Of a stretch of 64,000 bases of DNA, positions 39,576 to 54,600 are shown one piece after another. Positions within the stretch are counted from its first letter, which is position 1. Every line of letters begins with the position of its first letter. The translations under genes were made by a program, and so were the position numbers. Where the stretch lies: positions 5,440,066 through 5,504,065 of the forward strand of contig MU058221.1 of NCBI GenBank assembly GCA_013265495.1, read 5' to 3'. The notes beneath the pieces were generated by a model. That model did no database searches, had not been told where the DNA came from, and saw only the letters and a list, made by a program, of their open reading frames with translations. Source of the stretch: Vicugna vicugna (Eukaryota).

Positions 39576-40380
39576 TCAGGAAAACAACTATGTCTTCCTT
39601 TTGTTGGAATTTCCACGTTTGGGGTCAGTTGAAAATGGGCGATGCTTGTAAAAGCGGCCACTTTCAGAAGCATCATAGGTGATACCTGGAGGGGACCTCA
39701 GGGTCCTAATGGGGAAGCTGAGACCAGCAGGAAAAGTAATTCATTGTGATCCTTAACCTTCCTAGGCCAAGAGAGAGTCAAACTGCATATTAATACTCTT
39801 GGGGGGAAAAGAACAGTACGTCTGCATTTTACTCAGTCCAAAGGGCTTCCTGATGGTCTCCAGCCTTTAAATCCATTCCTATTGCTCTACACACAACAAT
39901 GAGATGGTCCTTAAGACCCTCTTGAGGTGACCAAGACTGAAAAAAGGAAGTTGCTAAGATTGTGAAAACGCTGTGATAGCACTGCACTTTCTGAGGAAAA
40001 AACTGAGCCTCCAATCAAAGGATATTGTAAGTATTGTAGAGGTTTCTTAAACTTTTATGAAAAATTTCAGGATCTCAGCTAAGATTATATACATACACAC
40101 ATGCAGAGATACCGCATATAATACAATAATACAGTATATGAATTTACAATTGTATTATACACATCAACATCCGGATATTTATATCTGAACCTGTCTATAA
40201 TACTGGCGTGTTAAGAGTGGTTAGCTCCTGTACTGATTTCAATACACTTGTGTACTTTTCAGTAATTGCCACATTTTATACGCAATGTGGGTCCTTTTCA
40301 AGTCAGAAGCAAAATCTGAAAGCTGCCTCCGGCAATCACCCCACCCTTCGGCAAGCCAGCCAGCCTGCCTTGGCTCCCAC

Positions 40381-40479
40381 CTGCATGGTGTTCACAGTTG
40401 AACCTTTGGCTCCGGACTGCACCATCATCTGCAAGTTGTTCTCTGGGAACTGTCTGTGCAGGCCGAAAGGCATGCACAC
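40381..40479 (-). CDS. POLR1A: POLR1A exon ~19, [14 protein letters not shown]...[12 protein letters not shown]
   Basis: 99 nt; conserved SGAKGS motif. Confidence 0.97.
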
Positions 40480-41965
40480 CTGGGGATTGAATACACACAT
40501 CAGTCGGTGACTCACCCTCTTTGGAATCCCAGGTTGCAAAGGCAAGTCTAGGATGCACAAGTCAACTCAGACTACTTACCTGGAGAGAAGTGCCACATCC
40601 CACTCGAGGTGAGAAGTCTTATGTGGCAACAACTCTTCCACTAGAAGCCCTAGAGAGGTGTCTAAGGGATGGCCCTCACTGTGCTCCCTTGGCACGGCTG
40701 CCAGGAAGCCCAAGGTTCCTGTCACTGGCAAACGGCAGCAAAAAGGGAGAAGCAAAGGAGACGCAGCGGAGCCAGCCTCTCCAGCTTGTGATTCTGAAAA
40801 GCAGCTGGTTACAAATAAAACCTAAGGTGGTACCCTTGGGAACTCACCCAATAGAGCCTGGCTTGGTCCCGCACACCTGGCAATGACGACCAATGTCCGC
40901 GTCCCAGTCACGTTTCCCAGCACACTGCCCAAGCACCCAGCACGAGTCTCACCTGGGCTCCTGAGCCCATGGAAGTGGGCAGAGCTCCCAGGTGGACCTG
41001 GGAGACGCTGGGAGGGGGCTCTGAGTCTGTTTATGCCTCTGCCCAAGGTTGCAGAGACCCAGCCCAACACAGGAGAGGCAGAGTGGGTGGGAAGAGATGC
41101 AGGAACCCTGAGATGCTTCTGAGACAACATCCCTCCGCAGCATCCCCAGTCAGCCCCGGAAGCTGGGCCTCCTGGTTCTCCCGTGGGCCTGGGAAGGCTC
41201 CTCTGGACCAAGCCTTTCAGGGATGGAATTATACCAATGAGGTCTGAGTTCTTGGCAGCTTAATGGAGGCTGACAGACAGCTAAGAGGGCACAGAAGCCA
41301 ATACTGACTTTTGCTGCGGGTTGACCTCGCCTCCCCTTTTCCCTCAGGTGGGCCCTCACGGCCCTGGAGGCAGGGTGAGGACCAGGCAGGCTCCTTCAAG
41401 CAGCAGGACTGGAAGCCCCAGCTCTGGGACAGGAAGACAGAGAGAATCAGGCTGCCATCCTGGCTCGTGCAGGGACTTCCCTCTCTTTGCTCAGCTGCAC
41501 GGGAAGGGGCCTGGGAGGACTCACGGGGCACTCAGACCTCGCCCAGAGCACTGTGCACGTTAGTGCCTTGATCCTCTCAGCAACACCATGAGGCAGGAGC
41601 TCTTCACATCCCCCTCTTCAAGGGAGACATCAAGGCTCGGACTGGTTACATCACGTGAGGCCCAAGATCACCCAGCCAGTACGTGGCAGAGCTGGGATTC
41701 GAACCCAGGACCCTATACAAGCAGCACTGGTGTTTTCGATCTTTCACTCTGCCCCTCCAGCCTTAGTGGCCCCATAGGAAAGATTTTCTTCAGTCCCCTT
41801 TAATGCAGTCATCCCAAAATACAAACATTTGAAATGAAAGGCAGTGTGAAGCTTTTTCTCTCAGCATTAATCAAAGACCTCTCCAGACCCTAACTGGATA
41901 AGGGAACCAAGCCCTTGGTTTTTCAAAACGATGCTTTCTACTCTGCCCATCTCAAATCTCACCTA

Positions 41966-42241
<276 letters not shown>

Positions 42242-42356
42242 CTAGAATGAGAAAAGGAACACGTTGGAGGCTGTAGCCAAGTGAGGAGGGTGCGGGCTTT
42301 GCTCCGTCGGTGCCCACCCTGCCACGGCAGGCGGTAGCCTCCCGGGCCCTCCTCAC

Positions 42357-42439
42357 CCGGGGCCCACAGCAGGTGGACTCTTCAATGATCCTGTGTCTCC
42401 TGACGTCCGCCTTCGGCTTCACCAAAATGTCTTCCACGC
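42357..42439 (-). CDS. POLR1A: POLR1A exon ~17, [10 protein letters not shown]...CGPR
   Basis: 83 nt, phase 1 to 0; cacag| acceptor, |gtgagg donor. Confidence 0.96.
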
Positions 42440-43969
42440 CTGTGAAGCGAAACAGACAAGCCTGGATGTGACCGGGCCTGACTTCTCACCGGGCCGTAAA
42501 CCTGGTGAGGTCAGGGCACGGGGCACATGTCACACACACAGGAAGCACCTGAATAATCATGGTGCCATTCACATTGCTATTAAGAGACTGCTACCATCTC
42601 TGAAGTGCTTACCAGAGGCCAAGCGTTATAACCCTATTTTGCAAATAAACTGAGGCTCAAACGTGAGCCCAAGGTTACGGGGGCAGGAAGTAAACTGAAG
42701 CCCAGGTCCCTCACTTGTGCTCTTAGCCGCCGGCCGTACTCCCTCCACTCAATAAACACATGTTGGATGAATGGGCTAGAGGTGAAGTTTTGGGTCAAAA
42801 ACTGAGTTTGAGGAAAGATGAGAGGGAGAGAGAGGATATCCTGGTTTTGACACCCAGAAGTCCCATGTCGTGGAACCACCCTATACAGCTGTGAGAACAC
42901 GTGCGCAGGCGCACAGACACACTCGAGCCCCTGGGCGACCACCGCAGGGTCCTCCCCGTTGCTCTGGAAGGAGAAAAGCCAGGGTCCCTTCAGTTAAGAC
43001 TGTCCTAGTTTCCAAGGGCTGAGGCACACCTCACCTTGGGCAGGAAATCTTCCCACTTCACCTTTCAGTGAGCTATTTCTTGTCTACCTCGGAGACCTGC
43101 TGGACTCCAAAGTCCCTTAGCCAAGGACTGAGTGGGAGGGAGACCGTGGCTGCACTGTTCAAAAGCCGGGCTAAGACACCGGGGACTCCCACATGCAACG
43201 TCCTGGAAGCTTGAGGGTCTCAGAGGAACTCGTGCGAGAGGGACAGGAAAGAAACTGTCCCTCTGTGAGGAAGCCGTAACCATGCAAGTGGCTCCTTCTG
43301 TGGGGTCAGCTCCAGGCTGCCTTGCTGTCCCTTCAGTGATGACCTCCAGCGGTGAGGGCTGGAGGAAGGCACCACCGCCAGCCCAGCCCACCCTCAGAGC
43401 TCGACGCCCGGCCTGGCCCTGCTCCCGCTCAGTCTCACGGCATCCGGATGGTCTCTGTACTCAGGGGCCCAACTTCTCTTTGTCCACGTGCTAAGCGGCT
43501 GCAAGCCTGGCTTAAGGGTTTGGGCTGATCCTCATCATGGTCTGGGTGAGGAGTCTTCCTCTACTGTTTTTTTAAGATGTTTATTCGAGGATGCTCATCC
43601 CAGCAATATAGTGAAAACCAGGAAAAGGGGTTACTAAAGGTTTACTGACAGGAACTAGTTAAATAAACTACGGAAAATCCGCACAACTAGAATAGTCTGT
43701 GGCCACAGACCTGAGGATGCAGGTTTGTATCAGCTCAAAGGGATATTTATAAAATACATTTGGAAACAGGGGGGAGGGCAGGGGGCGTAGCACATCACAA
43801 AACACAAGGTAGTACAGGATCCCATTTGGTCTGAACGTATTTGGACTTGGAAAGCCCAGAAAGACACACATCAAATCAATATTGGTGGCTCTCTCCGGCA
43901 GCTGAATGCTGGATGGTTTTAATTTCCTGACAACAGGGAAGACCCTTTGCAGAGGGCACAGAGTGGTCA

Positions 43970-44530
<561 letters not shown>

Positions 44531-45343
44531 CTATCCCACGTTTTACTAACCTTACAGTAACCTGCCTCAAGTCCTTCATGCCAAGAAGTAGGGTATAAAC
44601 GGAACCCCCCCTTTTTTTTTAATAAAGGAGGTGAGCATATATAGGACATTAAAATTATTTTTTTAGGGACTACACCACACATATGGACATTTCAGTGTGT
44701 TCTTATGTCCCCCTGTGCTCTCCACTCATTCGTACTGACTTGAGGTCAAACATCATTGACAAAGACCTTGAGACTGGAAATAAGAATGTCTAGCGTCTAA
44801 ACTTCATAACCATGACCTTGGCCCAGGCCCTCCCTCCCTTGCACTCCAGGAGTAAGAAAAACATAACCTTTCTAATATTCTTTAAGGCCCAAATTTGTAC
44901 TTTCATAAAGTTGGGTTAGAGCAATAGAAGCTAATTAAAAGGAGAGTTTGACTGGCCTGGGCTGCCCCCAAGGCATGGTTGCTAGGCCTGGAGCTGGGAG
45001 GTGTGAGACCTCATAGCCACACGCCAATCTCCAGCCTCTCAGGGATCTCAGGGGAAAACAGAGGGTTTGTACTGCTAAGCTTTGCAGAGTCAAGTTCAGG
45101 GGCCCTCCGCTGTAGAAGCCTTCCCAAGCTGGCTATGGGTTTTACACTGAGCATCAAATGCTAGAAGCGGACTCTCATCCTTTCCAGCACCAAAGTTGAC
45201 ACTAACTTGGGTACAACTCCTTCCCTTCTGAGGCACAACACCTGCTTCTGTGCATGTGCCTCCATTTCTCTGCCTTGGTTTTAAGTCGATTTGCCTGTAC
45301 CCGGGACCAGAGGCCTCCCACCCCTACGGCCGGGCAGCCACAC

Positions 45344-45493
45344 CTGGGACTCGCACATGGAGTCGGGGTTAAAGCCAGGAACGGGCCGAGGAGACTCCTT
45401 CACCCAGGCCTTCCCGCTGATCTTCGCCTTTCCCGACAAGTTCAGGGGGACGTGGTCCTCCGGGATCACGTTGATGAGCAGTGTAGACACGAC
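45344..45493 (-). CDS. POLR1A: POLR1A exon ~15, [10 protein letters not shown]...SMCESQ
   Basis: 150 nt, 50 codons; ttcaag| acceptor, |gtgtgg donor. Confidence 0.96.
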
Positions 45494-47562
45494 CTTGAAA
45501 GAAAAAGAAGACAAAGCTGATGGCAGGGAGCAAAGCTGAGAAGCTCCCTCTTAGGATCTCTTGTCCCTGTTTGTCCTGAAAGGCAGACAACTCTGCTCTG
45601 ATGAGCTGGAGTCAAGCAGGAAAAATATCCAAAAAAACCTAAAAAAGAGACAGTTTCTTTTCTGTAGGACAGGTTGATCTCAGTTCTTTCTTACTCTTCT
45701 GCTTACATGACTCAGGAGGGAACTTAGGGTTGGAGACAAACACATACCACTGAGAACTTCCTTCACTAGGATTTTTATTTCCTAACATAATTCTTCTTAG
45801 AGTGAACGATCCTCTAGATCTGAAAACTAAGTTCCTAAATAGGCTAAAGGAAGGAAAGGAAAAGAAAATTGCTGTGGCATCACAGGAAACAAAGACTTAA
45901 GTATATACGTGGTTAAAAAAAACAAAACAAACAACCACCACAAAGACGGCAGGGTGGGGAGAGATGGCGGGGCTCGAACACTGCTCCCCGACACGTCGGC
46001 CCCAAAGGCTGAAGAGCATCGTCAGAGGCATCCTTCTCGTTTTCAGGCCGCGTTGAAACAGACAACAGCTGTCACATACAGTTAGTAACACCCCCGCCCC
46101 CAACAGTTGGCTCTGACTTCTGGGTGGGGGCCAAGGAGGAAGGGATGTGAAGACTAGGAATCCAGAGTTTTCCCTCTGAAGAGCTTCAGGGGGGAAGCCC
46201 GAGGCATCTGACTGAGAACGGGGCTGTGGCAAAGCTTCGGGGATGAGCGTGTGCTCCAGTGTCCGCTCCATCACCGGCCGTGGGCCACGGGGCAGTGCTC
46301 TCTCGGCCTTAGCATCGCCCACTTGTAGACCACAGGTCAGATCTGCTCACTCGTTCAGCAGTTATATATTGAGTGCTTACTATGAGCTGGGCGCTGGGGA
46401 CAGTCGTGAATAAAATAGTCTGCCCTCTACGGAGCCTCCGATCCTGAGGGGGTCCACGCTTTGGAGGAAAATAAAGCTGGGAAGGAGGATCCAGAGCAGA
46501 GCAGGAGAAGGGAGCCCTGCTGAGATCCGATCATGCGATTCGGGCAGGAGGCTTTGAGTTCGAGTGAGAAGGCATCTGGAAGGCTTTGATCCCAGGAGCG
46601 ATGTGCTCCGATTTAACTTTTAACAGTATCGCTTGTCCCAAATACACTCCTGGTCTGGACTTTGAGGCTAAATAAATGCTGCAGAGAAAAAGCCTTCTAA
46701 GTGACACGGACAAGAAGGACTGGTACTTCGGAAGTACACGAGAAGTCACTGAAGCCACCCAGGCAGGGAGCGCCGGGGGCCAGAGTCTGTGTGCAGCGCA
46801 CCACAGGGCACGTTGGTCAGGGGACGACTCGGCAATCCGTTGGCTCCCATACAACTCGCTTTTACAGAGCTAATACCAGAAATACTCTTATTTCACTGGG
46901 GTTGATTATGGCTACAGAAAGGGTGGGAGTCCTCTGCCTGCCCAACAGGCCCATCAATCAACACACGGCTGCCAACAGGAGGCCGAGAGGGGCAATTTCA
47001 GCAGCAGCTGCTCTGCAGAGAACCCACGTGGGGGCAGCCGTACCTGGGGATAAACACGGGTCAGCTCCAGAGGCCAAGGGCACACATTCCCAAAGACACA
47101 GCAGGCCTGGGCAGACAGACCAGTCTAACAGGCACCAGGCTGCTCTGGGAACCAACAGCTGGCATCAGTAGCTCTTTGTGTGCCTGTACCAGGCCCCACA
47201 AAGTGGCATCCAAGCGTGCACAGTGAGATCAGGGCAGTTATGGGAGCGGCTGCCTTCTCACGCATGTGCACCAGGAGTCAGGGGACAGCTTTAAAGAAAG
47301 CAGACAAGACTCCTCGTTATTTCGGCAGAAAATGATCCAGAAGCTCAAGACCCTCATTCTTCACCAGGCCGGCACTGCCAGGAGAGGGGGTGGGGAGTAA
47401 CCGCAGGAGGGTGACTTCCCTGGGATGCTGACCACAGGCTGCACTTCCATCAAAGTGCACCGTGCACGGTGAGGACCGCCAGTTGGGCACAGTCAGGATG
47501 GAAAGTCTGAGAGAACCATCTAAGGACAGGGATATGCGACCTCCCACCTCGTATCTGTAAAG

Positions 47563-48627
47563 TCAAGCGGGGCAGAAAAAGCATTTGACAATCTCAACAC
47601 CCTTTCATGATAAAAACACTCAACAGCCTAGGGATAGTCCAGACTAGGCTGGACCCTGGCCCTTGGGTGACAAGAGAGGAGTGTATGCTGGGACACACAG
47701 GACGTCTCCCACAGAGGGCCACCTCTCCAAGGTCGAGAAACTAACCTACCTAAATACACAAACAGAAAGATAGACAATATGAGGCAGCAGAGGAGTATCT
47801 CCCAGGCCAACGCACAAGATAAAATCCCAGAAGAAGAAATAAGTGATGAAGAGGTAGGCAATTTATTTGACAAAGAGTTTAGAGTAATGATGGCAAAGAT
47901 GTTCAGAGACCTCAAGAGGAGTATAGATGCACAGAGTGAAGTTTTCAGCAAAGAGTTGGAAAATATAAAGAATACCCAGAGCTGAAAAATAAAAATCACT
48001 GAAATAACATGCTAGAAGGAACCAAGCATAGACTAAATGAGGCAGAAGAACGGATCAGTGAGCTAGAAGACAGATTTAGCAGAAATCACTACTGCAGAAC
48101 AGAAAAAAGAAAAAAGAATGAAAAGAAATGAGGATAGCTTCAGAGAACTCTGGGACAACACGAAGCACAATAATATTTGCATTATAGGGGTCCCAGAAAG
48201 AGGAGAGAGAAAGAAAGGGCCTGAGAAAAATTTTGAAGAGATAATAACCCAAAACTTCTCTAACTTGGGAAAGGAAACAGTCACCCAAGTCCGGGAAGCA
48301 CAGAGAGTTCCACGTAGGAGGAACACACCACGGCACAAAGTAATAAAACTGACAAAAATTATGGATAAGAAAAAAATATTAAACATTAGTAAGAGAAAAG
48401 CAGTAAATAACATACAAGGGAACTCCCATAAGGTTATCAGCTGATTTTTGAGCAGAAACTCTACAGGCCAGAAGGGAGTGGCACGATTTATTTAAAGTGA
48501 TGAAAAGGAAAAACTTACAACCAAGAATACTCTGCCCAGCAAGGCTCTCATTCAGATTTGTTGGAGAAATCAAAAGCTTCTCAGATAAACAAAAGCTAAA
48601 AGAACTGAGCACCACCAAACCAGCTTT
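47563..48627 (+). mobile_element. L1 fragment: short ORF2 RT piece followed by degenerate ORF1
   Basis: 47563-47627 encodes AEKAFDNLNT/PFMIKTLN-like RT sequence. ORFs 47779..47985 and 48118..48444 (ELWDNTKHNNICIIGVPE, NTPRHKVIKL) are L1 ORF1p-like. Confidence 0.9.
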
Positions 48628-48739
48628 ATATTTTTAACATAATTGCAACCAAGACTACACAATCCCATGTGTAATCAATTTCTTCTTTCAACATTATGTC
48701 AGAGAATTTTCCAGACTGTTACATGGCCTTTAAAAACCT

Positions 48740-49011
48740 ATCTCACAGACAGAGAATACAGACTTGTGGTTGCCAGGGGGGAGGAGGGTGGGAAGGGATA
48801 GACTGGGATTTCAAAATTGTAGAATAGATAAACAAGATTACACTGTATAGCACAGGGAAATATACACAGAATGTTATGATAACTCAAAGAGAAAAAAATG
48901 TGACAATGAGTGTGTATATGTCCATGAATGACTGAAAAATTGTGCTGAACACTGGAATTTGACACATTGTAAAATGATTATAAATCAATAAAAAATGCTT
49001 AAAAAAAACCC
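48740..49011 (+). mobile_element. Younger 5'-truncated L1 3' end with target-site duplication
   Basis: L1 3' UTR motifs and A-rich tail; aaaacct duplicated at 48733-48739 and 49012-49018 at a TT/AAAA site. Confidence 0.82.
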
Positions 49012-49438
49012 AAAACCTGTTTTAAGCAACTACATAATATCTTAACAAATGAATGTCCCATGATTTACTCAGGCCCAATGCTGTATATCTAGGTTTTTCT
49101 AATTTTCCACCATATAAACCATGATGGAATAGACTGCTCTTCTCAAGCAGATTTTACTGTATTTCAGATTATTTCCTTAGGCTGGATTCTCAGATTGAAG
49201 GTGATGAACATATCTGTAGCTCTAGATATACAATCTTTTTGTCCACTATTTGGTTCTATTTTGAACACACTGTTTATGTTTGAATAAAATTCTAATAAAC
49301 CTTGCGCACTTACTTAAGACTTAAAAATCCTTTTCCAAGATAACTTGAGATGGCGTATAAAATAGATGTGTAAAAAAGAAATAATAAAAAGAAAACAAAT
49401 AAGAAAAGTAAGTGGACAAATACATATAGCCAACCAAA

Positions 49439-49665
49439 CTGGGGGCTGGCAACCTACAGCCTATAGGACAAATCCGGCCCTCCATCTTTTTTTGTAAACA
49501 AAGTTAAGTTGGATCACAGCCATGCTCATGCATTTAAGCCTTGTCTATGACTGCTTTCAAGTTACAATGGCAGAGCTGAGAAGTTGTAACTCAGAGACAA
49601 TATGGCCAGTAAAGCCTAAAATATTTTCCATCTGGCTTTCACAGAAAAAAGTTTACCAGTCCCTG
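49439..49665 (+). mobile_element. MER58A-like hAT element
   Basis: ggggctggcaacctacagcc...caaatccggccc...aaagcctaaaatattt...gtttaccagtccctg matches the recalled consensus end to end. Confidence 0.85.
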
Positions 49666-49849
49666 AACTAAAACTACCCACGTTTATAGAGTTTCATCCT
49701 AAACGGTAAAATTCCCAGTCTATTCTGCTAAATCAATTTCTATTTCTGGCCAGGATAGAGCGATGGTGACCTAATGACACCCACCAGGAAACAACAACAA
49801 AAGCAGACATGAATATGAAACAGCAGTTTTCAATACAATGGACAGTAGG

Positions 49850-50990
49850 AAATGACAGGGATCAGCCAGGATGTAGACGACCTGAACTATCTATCAACTG
49901 AAACTGGCTGACATTTACAGAGCGTTCCATCCAACAAGAGCAGAATACACATCCTTTTTAGGGACACACAGATCATTTACCAAGATAGATTAATTACATC
50001 TGAAGCCATAAAACAAATGTCAGTGAATTTAAAAGGACTCAAGTTATCGAAGGTATGTTCTCTGGCCATAATGGAATTACATTGGCAATAACACAGATAT
50101 CTGGAAAATCCCTAAATATCTGGAAACTAACCCACAGACTTCTAAACAACTCCGTGGTCAAAAAAAGAAATAAAGAGGGAAGTTAGTTAAGTATTTTGAC
50201 ATGAATGAAAATGAAAATACAATATACTTAGGTGGAAATTTTATATACAAAATGCCAAAGGAACAGTCTCAAATCAGTGGCTTCAGTTTCAACCTTAAAC
50301 AACTAGAAAAAGAGTAAATCAAATCCAAAGTAAATAGAAGAAAGGAAATAAAAAAAGATCAAAGTGAAATCAATGAAATAGAAAAATAGAGAAAGTCAAT
50401 AAAAGCTGGTTCTTTGAGAACAGTAAAACTGACAGACTTCTAAGCAAATTGATCAGGAAAAAAGAAAAAAGACACAAATTACCACTACCAGGAATGAGAG
50501 AGGGGACACACCCTCAGGAATATTATATGTAACTTTATGCCCATAAATTCAACAACTTAGATAAAACTGATTAATTCCTTGAAAAAAACAAAGTATTAAG
50601 CTCATCCCAGAAGAAACAGATAACCTGAATAGCCCTATATGCATTCAAGAAATAGAAATTTTAGTTAAAAAAACCCTTCTTAAAAAGAAACCTTCAAGTC
50701 CACATGGCTACACTGGTGAATTCCACCAAATATTTAAAAGTAGTATCAATACTACACAAACTCTTACAAAAAACTGAAGAAGAGTGAAGTCTTCCCAGCT
50801 CACTCTATGAAAGCATCGTTACCCTGATAGAAAAGCCAGGCAAAGATACCAGAAAGGAAAATTACAGATCGAAGTCCCTCCTGCACACAGATGCCAAATA
50901 TTCTAAACAAAAGTTTAACAAAAATACCTCATAACCAAGAAGGTTTATCTCAGGAATAGAAGCTGGATTAACAACTAAAAATCATTCAAG
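49850..50990 (+). mobile_element. Old L1 ORF2 fragment (endonuclease end to RT start)
   Basis: Degenerate ORF2 motifs: agcagaatacacat, aaagctggttctttga, cactggtgaattccaccaaa, ggtttatctcaggaat. Confidence 0.85.
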
Positions 50991-51410
50991 TCCCAGGTTC
51001 ACAGATAGACCACCATGAGGTTATCCTCATCTGCTAAATGGTGCTAATGATGGTCTCTGCACCGCAGGCTGGTTGTGAGGATTAAGGAAGGTAACCTTTC
51101 TGAAGCACTCCCAACAAACATTACCACTGCTCCCATCAGCACCGCTGCCTGTGACCCCCACATCTGGATTATGAGGACATCAAATTTAAGTTAGAAGCAA
51201 AGGACAGAAATTATGCAGCCTGCGCTTAGTAGACACTCCCTCGAAACCATCCACATCCAAATGCCCCACCAAAGAGAAAGTCAGACCACTGTTTGACTTG
51301 CCATTTCTCTGATCCTGGCCTGGGCTCTCCTGAGAAGGATATCTTTTCCCGAGTGGTCTGTTTCCATTTTTTTTTTTACAACTTATCATTTTTTTTTTCC
51401 TCCCAATTAC

Positions 51411-51602
51411 CTGCTTTCCTGTCCACAGCGGGAAGGGCTTCAGGATGGCAGGAGGAAAGAGCTTCACGCGCCCCACTTTGTCTGTGAGTCCTCGGTACAC
51501 CAGCTCCATATACTGCTCCCGGGTGAAAAAGCAGCCTCGAATGGTCATGTTTGCACCCGAAACCATGTGATCTTGGATCAGCCCCGCCAATGGTTGGCCA
51601 TC
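51411..51602 (-). CDS. POLR1A: POLR1A exon ~14, [12 protein letters not shown]...PLWTGKQ
   Basis: 192 nt, 64 codons; ttgtag| acceptor, |gtaatt donor. Confidence 0.97.
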
Positions 51603-54600
51603 CTACAAACCAAAATAGGTAAGAGGTGAACAAAGAAAAAATTTAAGTCACATTGTAATTCCTAATCATCTGCTTGGAAGCTGCCCAGAGCAACCCACCC
51701 TCATATGCTGGTGCTGTCCTGCCCCACAGCCGCACCGGGCCAGGGCCTGAGCCGCCCATCTTGAGAGCAAACTGCCTCCCAAAGCACGTGACCAGGGCTT
51801 CCTGATTGCCTTCTGCCTTTGCCGTTTGCCCTCTGTTCTATATCAAAACTGCTTCAAACTCATCCAGCCCCCCAAGGCTTCCCTCCATAATGCCATCTGC
51901 TTCTCGTTACTCTGGCATATTTTCCGCATTTATGCATAAATCTGGTCTGGCTGCTGTTAGCTGTGTTCTTGTTTTTATATTTTGGTTTTATGCTTTGGTA
52001 TTTTTCACACATTTCTGGCCTGGTTCTCCTCTAAGGCAGTCATCCATTTAACAAATATTTATTGAGAGCCTACTGTATGCCGAGGCACTGGGTTAGACCT
52101 TCCGTCTACTCCAGTGGACCAGACAGACACAATCCTTTACGATGAGGAAGAGCCGGACAGTAAACAAATGACTGGATTAACACATTATCACAAAGAGTTT
52201 CAGACGGCATGGAAGAGAATATAACAAAAAGGGTCATCGTATAGATTTGGGGTGTGCAGATGGTCAGGAATGGTCTCTCTGAGGGGCAGCATTGCAGCTA
52301 GGGCAGAGGAGTGACTTGCAGTCAGCCACTGCAGGGAGGGAGGGAGGGGCTCAGGCAGAGGTTTCTCAAGGGGGTCATGAGACGGCTTTGATGTGCATGG
52401 CTGCAGAAGGAAGGAACACCTGTTACTAGTGTCTCTTCACAATGGAGCACATGTTCATGGCAGGCTGTTATCTACCAGATGCCAGAACAAGGGCTTTTAT
52501 AAAAGCTCCAGGCTGGGTGCGTACATTCATCACATTTGATACCTTCCACAGCCTTTCTGGCCCCCAGTCTCCTGAACCTTATCTTTGGGTCTGCATTCAC
52601 GGCCACCCAAGGCACACTAAAGTAAAAATAGCCTGGCTCACTGACATTCTTTAAGAAGTAATTTTTGCAAACTTTTCAATGTTTATGGGAACTTGAGAAA
52701 AATTGGTGCCTTGGATCTAAAGATCCCTACCATTTGCTTATTTGTTAAATACCATCCAATATTATGGTCATGTTGCATAAGTAAAGAGCTCACAAATGCA
52801 GCCATGGAGAAGTGCCAGGAGTTTAACCACCCGCACTAACTCAGAGGCTAAAAGGATGCTTGTCAAACAGTCTTAAATACTGCAGCAATGGGCTTCACGT
52901 AAAGTCAAAGATAATTATTACAGATAAGCTGAACAGGTGCTGCAGGTGGAAGGCAAGATCAGAGGGCACACACGGCCCTTCTTATCGAAGGCTTTGACTT
53001 ATGAATGTGAATGAAAAACTATACTCTGCATCTTATTCCAAAGACAAGGTCTCATTCTGCTGGGGGGGGAGGGGACCCAAAACAGTATTAGGCATTTGAC
53101 TCATCAGTCTCTGGGGGCAAATATAGACTTTCCCCTTTGTTTTCTTCCTTTAAAGAACATAATTACAAGTTACGAGATCTATTCAGTGCCTTCTCTCTCC
53201 ATCCAGATTTTTCCATGACTGGAAAATTGCCTTAATGGCTAAATTGCTTTCAATGCAATAATCATGCGTTCTAAGGAGGAATGCTGATTAAAGCAATTGA
53301 CGAAAGGGTCTACTTATGCTTCTGAATTCCCGAAATCTGCTTAGGATCAGAAAGACCATTTCTGATTCAAAACCCCAGGTAATTGTTAGCTATCCTATTC
53401 CACCTAATATCCCAGCAAAATGACATTACAATTGATGGCTTTGGTCAGGATACTTAAGAGAATTAGGGTATTCTGTGACTTGAATTTTTAGCTGATTACG
53501 TCAAAGTCAGGAAACTATGTCTCAAGGCTTGTTAAAAAAACTTTTCACAAAGCATTGGCCCTCAGTAAGTACAATAAACAGCAGAAAAAAATGAATCCAC
53601 AAAGAAACATATAAATGAAAAGTGTTTAACTGTTTTCTTGGAAAAGAAACAGCTAAAGTTCCATTGGCCTCCTATTTTAAGACAATACACAGCTCTGTTA
53701 AATACATACAACCAACAACGAAATGCACTTAAATTGGGTACTACGGTTAATTAAGGAAGGGAACTCGGAAATAGGGAAGGAATGGAAAAATGAACAGAGA
53801 AATGGAAACAAAGGGAAATAAAGATCCCCCCTCTAAAAAAATTAGCAAAAAATGGCTTTCCTAGCTTAAGAAAATCAGCTCTTCACCTCTTAGGACTTCG
53901 AGACATGTTTCATTTTTATAAATGTTTGCAAAAAATAAGGATTCCCCTCTCTTGGCATTTACCCTGAGGGCTAAAAATTTATCAAAAATCAAAAGCTCTT
54001 TATCGCTGACAAAAGAAATTATTTACAAGTAAGGTGAACTCTCAAGTCATCCCCTCATGTTTTTTGTTTGTTTTTTACTTTTTAAGAGATTAATTTATTG
54101 ATGTAAGCTTCTGTATCTGTGTTCTGCCTGTCACCTGACCTAAAACTCAGAGGCAGGCAAGCACGTGAGGAAGCACTTCCGGATTTAAATAGGCCAACCC
54201 TTTGCACAGTGTAATAAGCACGAAGTTTCCTATTCTATTTTCTTCGACCAAAATCAAGTGTAGAACATTCAAGTTCTGGGAACTCTGAAGCACCCAGCTC
54301 CCACAAAACTAACGGCCAGAGGTCACTCTGCCAGCAAAAAATGCACCACCCGCCGCTTGCTGGTAGCACCCCCTGTGATGAAACGTGACACGGTTTTGAG
54401 AGAGCCAGACAGTCGGTTCAGTTCTAGGAGACACCTAGTGCCACGTGCCCTCACCCAGCTCCAGCCTGGCCTGTCAAGGGGGCTCATGACACACGAGGCT
54501 GAACACACAGGCTTGGGGGCGGGGGGTCAGATGTGCTGGGTTCTCATCACTGGCTGGCAAGTCACTCACCTGAGTTTCTGCACCTGCCTCCTAAAGCTGT

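Noticed and set aside
47779..48444. Standalone coiled-coil protein gene
   Set aside because: Broken L1 ORF1 remnants.
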